A DNA stretch of 64,000 nucleotides. It comes from a virus. The position numbers were made by a program, and so were the translations under genes. The notes beneath the pieces were generated by a model that ran no database searches, had not been told where the DNA came from, and saw only the letters and a list, made by a program, of their open reading frames with translations. Positions 17,802 to 27,344 of this stretch are shown in pieces. Numbering within the stretch: the stretch's first letter is position 1; every line of letters begins with the position of its first letter. Location of the stretch: positions 1 through 64,000 of IMG/VR virus record IMGVR_UViG_3300027769_000875. One strand, written 5' to 3'.

Positions 17802-18550
17802 AATCAGGAGGATTTGTACTTCCAATGCAAAAAGTAAAAGCTGAAATCAAGAGTCCAAAGAATCTTGTAATTTTTAGTAAACCAAAGGTGGGTAAAACTA
17901 CTTTGTTATCAGCATTAGATAACTGTCTTATTCTTGACCTTGAGGATGGTACTGATTATGTTGACGCAATAAAGCTTAAGGCAAGAACTATTTCTGACAT
18001 TGTTACCATTGGTAACATGATCACAGAAGCAGGTAAGCCTTATAAGTATATTGCATTAGACACAATCACTGCTTTAGAAACAATGTGTGTACCATATGCA
18101 GAAGAGTTATACTCTAAAAGTCTTATGGGTAAAGATTGGTTCACAAAGCATAAACCAAACTATGGTAGTATTTTGAATATGCCCAATGGTGCAGGCTATC
18201 CATGGTTACGTCAAGCTTTTGAGAAAGTTCTTAACTATGTAAAAACTCTAGCTCCTCATGTGATATTTGTAGGTCACATCAAGGATACCTTGCTAGAGAA
18301 AAATGGTGCAGAATTTAACTCACTTGATCTTGATTTAACAGGTAAATTAAAGCGCATCACAACCTCAAACTCAGACGCTATAGGTTATATCTATAGAAAA
18401 GGCAAAAAGAATGTCTTGAGTTTTTTAACAACTGACGAAATCGCTTGTGGCGCAAGGCCTGAGCACTTGAGAAATCAAGAGATTGTCATCTCTGAACCAG
18501 GAGAAGATGGCAAGATTATTACGCACTGGGATAAAGTTTATATTGATTAA
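17777..18550 (+). CDS. AAA_24 / Sak4-like ATPase
   Basis: SKPKVGKTT, LDLEDG, ALDTIT, G.GY, FVGH. Confidence 0.82.
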   Translation: MAADKAEVKSGGFVLPMQKVKAEIKSPKNLVIFSKPKVGKTTLLSALDNCLILDLEDGTDYVDAIKLKARTISDIVTIGNMITEAGKPYKYIALDTITALETMCVPYAEELYSKSLMGKDWFTKHKPNYGSILNMPNGAGYPWLRQAFEKVLNYVKTLAPHVIFVGHIKDTLLEKNGAEFNSLDLDLTGKLKRITTSNSDAIGYIYRKGKKNVLSFLTTDEIACGARPEHLRNQEIVISEPGEDGKIITHWDKVYID

Positions 18551-18567
18551 TTTAAAAAGTAAAAATT

Positions 18568-19344
18568 ATGTTTAAGTCAAGTGATTTTAAAGAAAGCAAA
18601 GGTGGAAATGGTATTTCTAAAATTCTACCTCCAGGTACTCATTACTGCAGAATTGTAGATGTAACCTTAGAAGCACCTTCATATAAGAAAGAGGCATACT
18701 TTGTAACCATTCGTTTGGAAGGTGTTGACAGAGGTGATGAATTTGAAGGACTGGATATTGATAGAAACAATCCAAGTCAAGGTAAATTCAGAGGTCAGAT
18801 TGGTAATGTAAAGTCTGGGGATTGGCCTTTTAGTACCTATACGTATGAAGGCAAAGTAATCCAAAGAGATAACCAAATCTACAACTGGATTAACAACGTT
18901 GCTAAGCAAATGGGTGTCTTGCACAAAATGAATGAGAAAGGTGTAGAAGGTGATACAATTGAAGAATACGTAACAGAAGTAAGAAAATATCTTATTGACC
19001 CAGAATTGTGGGGTTACTTTACTGTTGCAGGTTCTGAGTACTTCAATGAAGGATACAGTAATCCTAATTACAGATTGTTTTTTCCAAAAGCACAGCCTCG
19101 TAAGAACTTATATCCATTCTCTGCTTTAGAAGATGATGATAGAAAGCCTCTTAACTTTATTGAGTTTGACCAAGCAGTGCATATAATTCCTGCTAAAGAA
19201 AAACCAGAAGATGCAGTAAGCAAAGAGTCTGTTGAATCTTTTGAGCCAACTCAGTCAAAACCTACATCTCTAGCAGATGATTTCCCTACACCAGCAGAAA
19301 GCGCTGCAGCCAGCGATTTAGAACTGCCATGGGATAATGATTAA
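18568..19344 (+). CDS. Putative single-stranded DNA-binding protein
   Basis: LPPGTH..RIVDV start, acidic tail ending DLELPWDND, located after the Sak4-like ATPase. Confidence 0.55.
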   Translation: MFKSSDFKESKGGNGISKILPPGTHYCRIVDVTLEAPSYKKEAYFVTIRLEGVDRGDEFEGLDIDRNNPSQGKFRGQIGNVKSGDWPFSTYTYEGKVIQRDNQIYNWINNVAKQMGVLHKMNEKGVEGDTIEEYVTEVRKYLIDPELWGYFTVAGSEYFNEGYSNPNYRLFFPKAQPRKNLYPFSALEDDDRKPLNFIEFDQAVHIIPAKEKPEDAVSKESVESFEPTQSKPTSLADDFPTPAESAAASDLELPWDND

Positions 19345-19365
19345 TTTATTAATTAATATAAGATT

Positions 19366-19398
19366 AGGGGTGAGTGTAGTGCTCACCCTTTTTCTTTT
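19366..19398 (+). terminator. Intrinsic terminator
   Basis: GGGTGAGT-GTAGT-GCTCACCC stem followed by TTTTTCTTTT. Confidence 0.8.
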
Positions 19399-19399
19399 A

Positions 19400-19407
19400 T
19401 AGATTTG
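19400..19407 (+). promoter_or_regulatory. Bacteroidota -7 element TAGATTTG
   Basis: Directly after the terminator and 4 bp before the primase ATG. Confidence 0.55.
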
Positions 19408-19411
19408 CATT

Positions 19412-20416
19412 ATGTTTTCAAGTAGAAGGTATTTAGGGTCATTAGAAAGTATTCCAGATGCATGGATATTTAAATACTACTTGGGACTAGCGCATGATTT
19501 TACAGGTAGATCAATGAAGATTAAAAGCATATTTAATCCTAATGATAAGACACCTTCAATGTTTGTGTATGTAGACAAAGCCTCAAACAAGATAGTTTAC
19601 AAATGTCATTCCACAGGCAAATTTGGAGATGCTCGTATGTTAGTACAAGATATGTATAACATTCCTTCTGATATTGCTTGTGAGAAAATCATTAAAGATT
19701 ACCATGATTTCTGTAAGACAGGAGAATATCAAGATATAGAAATTGTTGCTTGTACAAAGCAATGGAAGATAACTGATTACAAAGTAAGAGGTTGGACAAA
19801 TCTTGATGCAAACTTCTGGTTACAGTTTAACATTGGTAGTTCTTTACTGCAAACATATGAGGTGATACCACTTGAGTATTATGAAGTAAGTGAAGTAGAT
19901 TTAGTTACAGGTGAACAATCAAATTCATTTGTAAACCATGGTAACTATATGTATGGTTATTTTGCAAATAATGAATTATACAAAGTGTATAATCCAAAAG
20001 CAAAGAAGTTTAAATTCTTTTTAGAGAAGAAAGACTACATACAAGGCTACAACCAGCTTAAAGGAGAAGACACACTTGTTATTGCATCATCTTTGAAAGA
20101 TGTAATGGCAATAAAAAGTCTTGGACTTACAGTTGATTGCATAGCACCAAATAGTGAATCAACCAAGCTTACATTTAATGATATTCTCAAATTTAAAATG
20201 CGCTATGATCATGTAGTAGTATGCATGGATAGTGACGAAGCAGGTATAAATTCCATGAAATTCTATGAAAAAGAACATGGATTACCTTTCATCTATTTGC
20301 CAAGAGAAAAAGATATCAGTGATATCATAAAGCATCATGGTAAAGAGGTTGCTCTGTATGACTTTTACCCAAAACTCCAAAGAGCAATAGAAAAATATGT
20401 CGAAAAAAATCAGTAA
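19412..20416 (+). CDS. DNA primase (TOPRIM), crAss-like
   Basis: DKTPSM..Y....YKCHSTG, SSLKDVM, APNSE, MDSDEAG, KDISD. Confidence 0.8.
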   Translation: MFSSRRYLGSLESIPDAWIFKYYLGLAHDFTGRSMKIKSIFNPNDKTPSMFVYVDKASNKIVYKCHSTGKFGDARMLVQDMYNIPSDIACEKIIKDYHDFCKTGEYQDIEIVACTKQWKITDYKVRGWTNLDANFWLQFNIGSSLLQTYEVIPLEYYEVSEVDLVTGEQSNSFVNHGNYMYGYFANNELYKVYNPKAKKFKFFLEKKDYIQGYNQLKGEDTLVIASSLKDVMAIKSLGLTVDCIAPNSESTKLTFNDILKFKMRYDHVVVCMDSDEAGINSMKFYEKEHGLPFIYLPREKDISDIIKHHGKEVALYDFYPKLQRAIEKYVEKNQ

Positions 20417-20421
20417 GTTTG
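20414..20421 (+). promoter_or_regulatory. Bacteroidota -7 element TAAGTTTG
   Basis: Overlaps the primase stop, upstream of 20439. Confidence 0.45.
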
Positions 20422-20438
20422 TACGTTAACATCAACTT

Positions 20439-20900
20439 ATGGGCAATTGGATTTATAAACCAAATGAAGGTTTGAGCATGGATATTCTATGCATTGAAGA
20501 CCTTCCAAATCATGAAGAAGCTGTTGGATTTGTTTACAAAATTACCAACACAGTTACTGGAAGATTCTACATTGGAAAAAAGAATCTATACAGTGAGAGA
20601 AAGACAAAAATCTCTAATAGAGAAAAGACACAAACAAAGACTAGAAAGACTTTTAAACGTGTCGTTAAGGAATCAACTTGGAAAACATATTATGGATCAT
20701 GTGCAGAACTCACAGAAGAGATAGCCATGACTGATAAAAAGTTTTATAAAAGAGAAATCCTTGAAGTATGTTGTTCTAAAAAGTATCTTGGCTATTGTGA
20801 GTTATCACATCAAATTAAAAATGATGTACTGACAAACAATAGTTACAATGGTAACATCTTAGGCAAGTACTTCCCATCAGATATGGAAAATTGTAATTAA
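20439..20900 (+). CDS. GIY-YIG superfamily nuclease-like protein
   Basis: GFVYKITN..TGRFYIGKK...WKTYYGS...REIL...E......YN.NI. Confidence 0.75.
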   Translation: MGNWIYKPNEGLSMDILCIEDLPNHEEAVGFVYKITNTVTGRFYIGKKNLYSERKTKISNREKTQTKTRKTFKRVVKESTWKTYYGSCAELTEEIAMTDKKFYKREILEVCCSKKYLGYCELSHQIKNDVLTNNSYNGNILGKYFPSDMENCN

Positions 20901-20906
20901 AAAATT

Positions 20907-21950
20907 ATGGGAAAATTTGTAGCAAACACGCCACTTTCTGAGCGTATTCAGAAAGAACAAGAATTTTTTGACAAAGACTTTTTAATGTCTTATTCTGGTT
21001 TGAATAAACTAGTGTTTAGTCCATCTTCATTTTACAAGCATTATGTTCTTGGACAAAAAGAAGATGTTATAGACAAAAATATGATTGAAGGTTCGCTGAT
21101 TCACTGTTTGTTATTAAAGCCTGAAGACTTTGACAATCAGTTTGTTATCAGTGTTCAAGATTTACCAAGCGATAATCCACGCAGTGTGTTACATACAATT
21201 TTTAATCATTATAAAGAATTAAAAAGAGAAGGTGATACGCGTGAAAATCTAGAAGAATTTGCAGAAGCAATTCTAGATGTATTGAAAGATATCAATTTAT
21301 ATCAGTCACTTAAAACTGATGGTCAAAGAATTGAGAAAATGATTAACTCAAAGCATATTGCTTATTGGGATTATATCAAAAAAGCAGAAGGAAGAGTTGT
21401 CATTGACCAAGACATTTATGATTTCTGCAAAGCTGTTGTAGAAAAAATTACATCTACAGTAGCTGTTATGGATGTAATGGGTTACTTTGCTGACTCATTT
21501 TCTCCAGTAGAAAAGTTTAATGAGCTAGAGCTTATCAAACTAGATGCTGAAAGTCCATTTGGATTAAGAGGCTTTATTGACAATTTGGTTATTGATAATG
21601 CTAACAAAGAAATACGTGTTAATGACTTGAAGAAAACAAGTAAAACCATTGCACAGTTTCCTGATAGTATTGAATACTATAACTATTGGATTCAAGCATC
21701 AATCTACAAGAAACTTGTAGAGCATGTGTATACATCTCAGCCAAAGTATTCTGGTTACAAGATTACTTTTAGATTTTTGGTTGTGGATCCTTTCATGCAG
21801 ATTGCACCTATTAGAATTTCTGACGAAACGCTTTCCAAATGGGAAGAAGAAACTGACAAATTACTTGATGAGGCTAAGTTTCACTTTGAACAAAAGAACT
21901 TTGAGTTACCTTACAAGTTTATTGTTAACAATAATGAATTGGTGATATGA
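20907..21950 (+). CDS. PD-(D/E)XK exonuclease (RecE/ExoVIII-like)
   Basis: SYSGL, GSLIH, GFIDNLVID...NDLKKT, Y.IQASIY. Confidence 0.78.
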   Translation: MGKFVANTPLSERIQKEQEFFDKDFLMSYSGLNKLVFSPSSFYKHYVLGQKEDVIDKNMIEGSLIHCLLLKPEDFDNQFVISVQDLPSDNPRSVLHTIFNHYKELKREGDTRENLEEFAEAILDVLKDINLYQSLKTDGQRIEKMINSKHIAYWDYIKKAEGRVVIDQDIYDFCKAVVEKITSTVAVMDVMGYFADSFSPVEKFNELELIKLDAESPFGLRGFIDNLVIDNANKEIRVNDLKKTSKTIAQFPDSIEYYNYWIQASIYKKLVEHVYTSQPKYSGYKITFRFLVVDPFMQIAPIRISDETLSKWEEETDKLLDEAKFHFEQKNFELPYKFIVNNNELVI

Positions 21951-22474
21951 TAAAAGAAATGTATAAAAAGTACTTTCAAAAATCTTATACCTTTTTGTAT
22001 CCAATGCTTGGTTTTAAAAGAACCAGAGACCCAAGGCCAGTGCAAGTATATCTGCATTGGCCATATGAGTTTCCTGATGAGGAACGCAAACTTGTTTGTG
22101 TTTATCAAAAAGAGGATACAGATCAGTGGTTGAATTTTGAGAAAAACAAACTGATGACACACAGTATGTTAGATTATGTTGTGCCTCTTTGCGATGGTAA
22201 AGTTGCATACATATTTGACATGAATCCTATGGCAAACGATTATGACTTGTTTATACAAGGCAAGTATTCTAAGTTTTCACAGAATGGCAAAAAACATATG
22301 TCTGACTATTATGGTATTCATACACCAGAATGGGTATATGTTGAATCATTTATATTTCCTAAAAAGTACTTCAAGCAATATGCAGAGATACTTTCTGTTG
22401 ATGTAAAAATGCTTCAAGAAGTTGGAGAACTTTGTGACAAGTACGACAAGGAAAAAGAAACCTTTATAATGTAA
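21947..22474 (+). CDS. Conserved hypothetical protein
   Basis: FLYPML...F.QGKYSKFS; overlaps the upstream gene. Confidence 0.7.
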   Translation: MIKEMYKKYFQKSYTFLYPMLGFKRTRDPRPVQVYLHWPYEFPDEERKLVCVYQKEDTDQWLNFEKNKLMTHSMLDYVVPLCDGKVAYIFDMNPMANDYDLFIQGKYSKFSQNGKKHMSDYYGIHTPEWVYVESFIFPKKYFKQYAEILSVDVKMLQEVGELCDKYDKEKETFIM

Positions 22475-22491
22475 TTTTTAATCTAAATAAT

Positions 22492-22938
22492 ATGAACACA
22501 AGTGTAAAAAACATGATGATTTACTCATCAAAATGGAATGAAAAACAAACATTTCGCATGATGCCAATTGATTCTAACTGTCCTTTTAATGAAGCAATCT
22601 TTGACCCAGAGCAAAAAGTTTTGGCTGTTGTCTCTAAGGACAATAAGGATAAACCTATGATGATGCCTCGTTTGAATGATCGTGGTGATTTAGTTGCTAC
22701 AAAACGTGCAAATGGTGAACAAGGCTGGCAGGAACAACGTGTAATCTTGTCTGCATACTATGAGTACTATCTTGAAGACATTAATGACATTGTTGCATTT
22801 GTAAATAGATTTGCAATCAATAATGATTCTAAAGTTTTTACTGATGCTATTCATTCTGCTGTAAATGATGAGACATTGCACACAGCATATGATTTAGAAG
22901 CAGTTGAAGAACAAAAAAAATCAAAAAAGAGTAAGTAA
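22492..22938 (+). CDS. Conserved hypothetical protein
   Basis: TFRMMP...CPF.EAIFDP..KVLAV; coupled to the polymerase gene. Confidence 0.7.
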   Translation: MNTSVKNMMIYSSKWNEKQTFRMMPIDSNCPFNEAIFDPEQKVLAVVSKDNKDKPMMMPRLNDRGDLVATKRANGEQGWQEQRVILSAYYEYYLEDINDIVAFVNRFAINNDSKVFTDAIHSAVNDETLHTAYDLEAVEEQKKSKKSK

Positions 22939-24923
22939 TGAGAAGTCGCGAATTCTGGGTAATGGACTATGAGACCATTGTCAATTGTTTCGTTGCTGTA
23001 TTTGAAGCTTATGATAGAAAAACAAGAAAAGTATTCGTCATAAGCAAGTATCAAAATGATGCTGTTGATTTTGTCAAGTTTCTTATTGAATCCAAAAACG
23101 CTAAAGATTGGCACTTTGGTTACAATAATATTGCATTTGATGCCCAAATTACTGAGTTTGTTCTTGCCAATGCAAAAGAGTTTTTAGATCCTGATGCTGA
23201 TCCTGAAGACTTGGCTAACAGGTTATATGAATATGCACAGTATGTAATTGGTAAATCTGACAGAAATGAATTTGTAGATTATCCAGAATTCAAGCTTTCT
23301 ATTAGATGTGTTGACATATTTAAATTGAATCACTGGGATAGTAACGCTAAGCGTACATCTTTAAAGTGGACACAGTTCAGTATGGATTGGGAAAACGTTG
23401 AAGAGATGCCTCATCCTCATTATGAGAGAATTGTTGACAGAGAAACGTTGGATATGGTTGTAAAGTACTGTATCAATGACGTAAGATCAACCAAGGCAAT
23501 CTTTACAATGACAGATTCAAAAGGTAATAAAGTAATGGCATCACAAATTAATCTGCGTGCCAAGCTTAGTGAAACTTACAATGTCAATCTATTATCAGCA
23601 AGCGAACCTAAAATTTCTAAAGAGATATTTCTTCACTTTCTTTCTCAGAAATTAGGTTTGGAAAAGAAAGAGATCAAAGAGATGAGAACATATCGCAAGA
23701 ATGTAGTAATACGCGATATCATTCTACCTTGTGTTAAGTTTAATACTCCTGAATTTAATGGTGTTCATAATTGGTTTAAGAATCTTGTTGTTGATACAAC
23801 AATTCTTGATACAACTGATGAGGATATCAAAAAGAAAGGACCAAAGTATAGAATGATGCACAAAGGTGTTCCTACTGATTATGCTTTAGGTGGCATACAC
23901 GGTTGCATAGCACCTGGTGTATATGAACCTAAACCAGGTAGGAAGATTCTCAGTGTTGACGTAACAAGTTATTATCCAAATCTTGCTATTAAAAACAAAT
24001 GGTCTCCAGCTCAAATACCACAAGAAGATTTTTGTGAGCTATATGAATGGTTCTTTGAAGAAAGAAAGAAGTATGACAAGTCTAATCCTTTAAATTATCT
24101 ATTTAAGATTGTACTAAACTCTACATATGGCTTAAGTAAGAGTAGATATTCATTTTTATATGACCCTGAGTTAACCTTCAGGATTACTGTCAATGGCCAA
24201 CTACTATTAACAATGCTGTATGAGATGATAACTACAAGAATTCCAAACTGTCAACCGCTTATGCAAAACACAGATGGTCTTGAGTTTGATATAGATGAGA
24301 AAGATGAAGAACTATTCTTTAAAATATGCAAAGAGTGGGAAGATTTGACACAATTACAACTTGAACCTGTTGAGTACAAGAAGATGATTATTGGTGATGT
24401 GAATAATTACATTGCAATTTATGCTAATGGTAAAACTAAATGCAAAGGTAGATTTGAGTTTGAAGAATTACCTCTTCACAAAAACAAGTCTAACTTGATT
24501 ATACCAAAAGCATGGTATGAATACTTTGTAAAAGGCGTTGATCCAAAAGATTATCTAAAGTCCAACAGGAACATATTTGACTATTGCACTGGTTCCAAAA
24601 TAAAAGGATCATGGTTCTTTGTTGAACGTGGTGTAAATGAAGGCATCTTCTATGAAAAGAAGTTGCAAAAACTTGTCAGATACTTTGTATCTAAAAAAGG
24701 TACAAAGATTATTAAATGTAATCCAGATGGAAGACAGATTCAATTAGAAAGTGGTCCAATGTTACAGACCATATTCAATAAAGCAGTAATGTTACCGTGG
24801 GAAGATTACAATATAGATGAGAAATACTATCTTGATAAAATCTATGATGAAATCAAAAAGATAGAAAGTACATCTGAAGTAATACCACAAAATATGTTTC
24901 AACAATTAAAATTAGAATTATGA
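22938..24923 (+). CDS. polB: Family B DNA polymerase, crAss-like
   Basis: Exonuclease motifs DYE, YNNIAFD, YCINDV; polymerase motifs DVTSYYPN, KIVLNSTYG, NTDG; KCKG. Confidence 0.92.
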   Translation: MRSREFWVMDYETIVNCFVAVFEAYDRKTRKVFVISKYQNDAVDFVKFLIESKNAKDWHFGYNNIAFDAQITEFVLANAKEFLDPDADPEDLANRLYEYAQYVIGKSDRNEFVDYPEFKLSIRCVDIFKLNHWDSNAKRTSLKWTQFSMDWENVEEMPHPHYERIVDRETLDMVVKYCINDVRSTKAIFTMTDSKGNKVMASQINLRAKLSETYNVNLLSASEPKISKEIFLHFLSQKLGLEKKEIKEMRTYRKNVVIRDIILPCVKFNTPEFNGVHNWFKNLVVDTTILDTTDEDIKKKGPKYRMMHKGVPTDYALGGIHGCIAPGVYEPKPGRKILSVDVTSYYPNLAIKNKWSPAQIPQEDFCELYEWFFEERKKYDKSNPLNYLFKIVLNSTYGLSKSRYSFLYDPELTFRITVNGQLLLTMLYEMITTRIPNCQPLMQNTDGLEFDIDEKDEELFFKICKEWEDLTQLQLEPVEYKKMIIGDVNNYIAIYANGKTKCKGRFEFEELPLHKNKSNLIIPKAWYEYFVKGVDPKDYLKSNRNIFDYCTGSKIKGSWFFVERGVNEGIFYEKKLQKLVRYFVSKKGTKIIKCNPDGRQIQLESGPMLQTIFNKAVMLPWEDYNIDEKYYLDKIYDEIKKIESTSEVIPQNMFQQLKLEL

Positions 24924-25723
24924 AAAGAACAGTAAGTGGCATGGATGCCTATGCAAAAATCTTATCTACTGCATTGCCAGAAAGAACAGATACTTACACC
25001 CCTATCTCACATGCAAGTGTGATTAATCGTGTGAGAAGTGAAATAACCAATGCTGGTTTTATTATCACTGGAGAAGACTACAGATGTACCAATGATGGGC
25101 AAATTGCACTAGGTACGTTAAGAATGAATTACAAAGTAGACCCAGACATAGAGTTGTCTGCTAACTTTACTAACTCGTACAACAAACAACTTGCCTTCAG
25201 ATTTAATCTTGGAGGCTTGGTAAAAGTTTGTATGAATGGGATGATGCTGAACAACAGCAAATTTGGCAAATTTAAACGCGTACACAAAGGTGCAGCAGAT
25301 CTTTTAGCAGAAGGTATTATCAGTGACTATATCAATAATGCTGGTGAATACTGGGAATCCTTAGTAGAACATAAAGATTCTATGAAAAGTATTTTACTTT
25401 CAAGCACTGCGCAACATGATGTGTTAGGTGAATTGTTTCTCAAAAGAGATATACTTAATACTATGCAACTTAACACTGTAAAGAAAGAATTGGTTAAGCC
25501 ATCTTTTGATTACAAAATTGACAGTGACTCTGCGTGGGTATTGTATAATCACATAACTTTAGCACTTAAAGACTCGCATCCTTCTGATTGGATGGAGCAT
25601 CAACTAAAGGTTCATGAATTGTTTTCTGACATGTTTGATCTTGATGCTACTCCTTCAGAAGCGTACTACGATGTTGAAGAACCTGAACTGATAAATGTAT
25701 TTGAAGATGACAGCATTTCTTGA
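24920..25723 (+). CDS. DUF932/DUF945-like protein
   Basis: YTPISH..VI, NSYN, VCMNGM, H, W.LYN..T.ALK. Confidence 0.72.
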   Translation: MKRTVSGMDAYAKILSTALPERTDTYTPISHASVINRVRSEITNAGFIITGEDYRCTNDGQIALGTLRMNYKVDPDIELSANFTNSYNKQLAFRFNLGGLVKVCMNGMMLNNSKFGKFKRVHKGAADLLAEGIISDYINNAGEYWESLVEHKDSMKSILLSSTAQHDVLGELFLKRDILNTMQLNTVKKELVKPSFDYKIDSDSAWVLYNHITLALKDSHPSDWMEHQLKVHELFSDMFDLDATPSEAYYDVEEPELINVFEDDSIS

Positions 25724-25886
25724 TGACATAATTAAAGATTCTTATTTCATTATAATGAAAAGAGAAACTACACTTGATAAGTTAGCACTCCTTAAAAGAT
25801 TTTTAAAGATGAAGTACAATATTTCAATTGGCATAGAGTCTTTGAAAAGAAGGCATCTTGAATATCAAAAGCAGAAATTCAAATAA
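25707..25886 (+). CDS. Small basic hypothetical protein
   Basis: LKRFLKMKYNISI...L.RR. Confidence 0.55.
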   Translation: MTAFLDDIIKDSYFIIMKRETTLDKLALLKRFLKMKYNISIGIESLKRRHLEYQKQKFK

Positions 25887-25891
25887 CAAAC

Positions 25892-25936
25892 TCTGTAGAA
25901 ACGAAAATCCCCCATCACTGGGGGACTTTCTACAGA
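25892..25936. terminator. Long hairpin at the convergence of the replication and lysis transcripts
   Basis: TCTGTAGAAA..TCCCCCA-TCAC-TGGGGGA.TTTCTACAGA (7-bp plus 10-bp stems). Confidence 0.7.
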
Positions 25937-25974
25937 AGAAGAAAAACCACTAAACATGTGCATAGTAGCATCTT

Positions 25975-26121
25975 TTATCGCCCTTGCCCTTTATAGCTCT
26001 TGCGATAGTTTTTTGAGTTCTTAGATCTTGATGTTTTTGTTTTTGCATGAACACCAGGTCTAGAAACTTCAGGTTTCTTCAAAAAGGATGTAGCACTACC
26101 AGTTTTAACCTTCGCTGCCAT
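25975..26121 (-). CDS. Small basic protein ending YKGQGR (48 aa), absent from the ORF track
   Basis: Hand translation MAAKVKTGSATSFLKKPEVSRPGVHAKTKTSRSKNSKNYRKSYKGQGR. Confidence 0.7.
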   Translation of the reverse strand: MAAKVKTGSATSFLKKPEVSRPGVHAKTKTSRSKNSKNYRKSYKGQGR

Positions 26122-26290
26122 CTTTCTTTTCTTTTTTGTCTACAACAGACCATACAAGACCTGCTAGAGTAATTACAGAACCTACAATTTCAGTAAGTGT
26201 AGATTCATCAATTTTGCCTCTTACAACAAGAAAACCTCCAACAAAGGTTAAAATGTGTCGTGCAATTCCTAGGATTTGATTTTGATTCAT
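26105..26290 (-). CDS. Putative holin (two TM segments)
   Basis: ILGIARHILTFVGGFLV and IVGSVITLAGLVWSV helices, charged tail; adjacent to the endolysin. Confidence 0.65.
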   Translation of the reverse strand: MNQNQILGIARHILTFVGGFLVVRGKIDESTLTEIVGSVITLAGLVWSVVDKKEKKDGSEG

Positions 26291-26293
26291 AAT

Positions 26294-26983
26294 TTATGAT
26301 TTTAGGGATTTTAACATTGCTATCATTTTTGGCTGAGGTGATATATCACTCTTATCTTTTCTATAAGAATTGTGAGTATATACTCCTGGTACAGCCTTAA
26401 GTGCGTTAGTGGATACTTTCCACATGTCTGCCTCATTATAATCTAATGGGATACCATGTATTTTATTCCAGTATACTAACAATTGACGTACAGATTCAAT
26501 CTGTGCATCAGTATATGCGTGGTAGAACTTATGTCCTTTGTAAGGAACAGAGAGTTCGCATACTTGATCTGCAGGTACTACTCTATCTACATAGTTATAG
26601 TATTTGCCATCAGATTTCAATGTAAGTGGTCCCCAGTTACATATCTCAATTCCAATAGCTAATGGATCAAGTGAGCGATAAGGAATAGCATTTGCTCTAA
26701 ACACATCTGGTTTAATACCTAAATGGTATGCCCAGAACTTAGATGAAAATGCTTGACAGATTTCTCCATCAAATGTATCTTTTGACAATCCTTTTCCTGA
26801 AATTGTAATGCATGTAGCAATACGTCCACGATCATCATTGTCCCACATTTTAATTGTGGCAGGTGCAGATGAGTTACCTGCAGTGTGATGCAAAACTATT
26901 TGCAATTTTTTAGTCTCTTCCTTTACATATTGTTTTTCAGAAAGAGGTACTTGTTTGATTTTTGACAAATCTAAATTACTCAT
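26294..26983 (-). CDS. Endolysin, N-acetylmuramoyl-L-alanine amidase (Amidase_2)
   Basis: IVLHHTAG, WAYHLG, IGIEICN, YTDAQIES, THNS...KSD..P. Confidence 0.88.
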   Translation of the reverse strand: MSNLDLSKIKQVPLSEKQYVKEETKKLQIVLHHTAGNSSAPATIKMWDNDDRGRIATCITISGKGLSKDTFDGEICQAFSSKFWAYHLGIKPDVFRANAIPYRSLDPLAIGIEICNWGPLTLKSDGKYYNYVDRVVPADQVCELSVPYKGHKFYHAYTDAQIESVRQLLVYWNKIHGIPLDYNEADMWKVSTNALKAVPGVYTHNSYRKDKSDISPQPKMIAMLKSLKS

Positions 26984-26993
26984 ACATTTACTT

Positions 26994-27344
26994 TTAGTTA
27001 GTGCTATTGTTATTTCTTCTTCTTGTTGCGGATCCCCCTACGTTGAGTTGGATCCTGATCAGCTCCCCCACAGTGTCAGACAATTCCCCAATTTTGTTTG
27101 CCATTGTTCTTATCTCATGCTGGGTAGTTTCTTCAATAAGCTGGTATTTTAATCTATGTTCTTGCTCAAGCAGTTCAATTTTACCTTTAAGTTTACCTTG
27201 TTCTTCAACATGCCTACGTGAGTCATTTTGTAATTCACCAACATCGCGAACAATGTTATTATAGGTAGTTCTTAAAAAGTATCCAATTATTGTAATGATA
27301 GTGCCTATTACAAATAATCCAATGGTTAAAACCGCTGTGTCCAT
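26994..27344 (-). CDS. Membrane-anchored coiled-coil protein (lysis cassette)
   Basis: N-terminal TM followed by a coiled coil. Confidence 0.6.
   Translation of the reverse strand: MDTAVLTIGLFVIGTIITIIGYFLRTTYNNIVRDVGELQNDSRRHVEEQGKLKGKIELLEQEHRLKYQLIEETTQHEIRTMANKIGELSDTVGELIRIQLNVGGSATRRRNNNSTN

Noticed and set aside
20439-20900. Intron-encoded homing endonuclease
   Set aside because: Primase and exonuclease neighbours look intact and there is no flanking intron-like sequence; the gene is free-standing.
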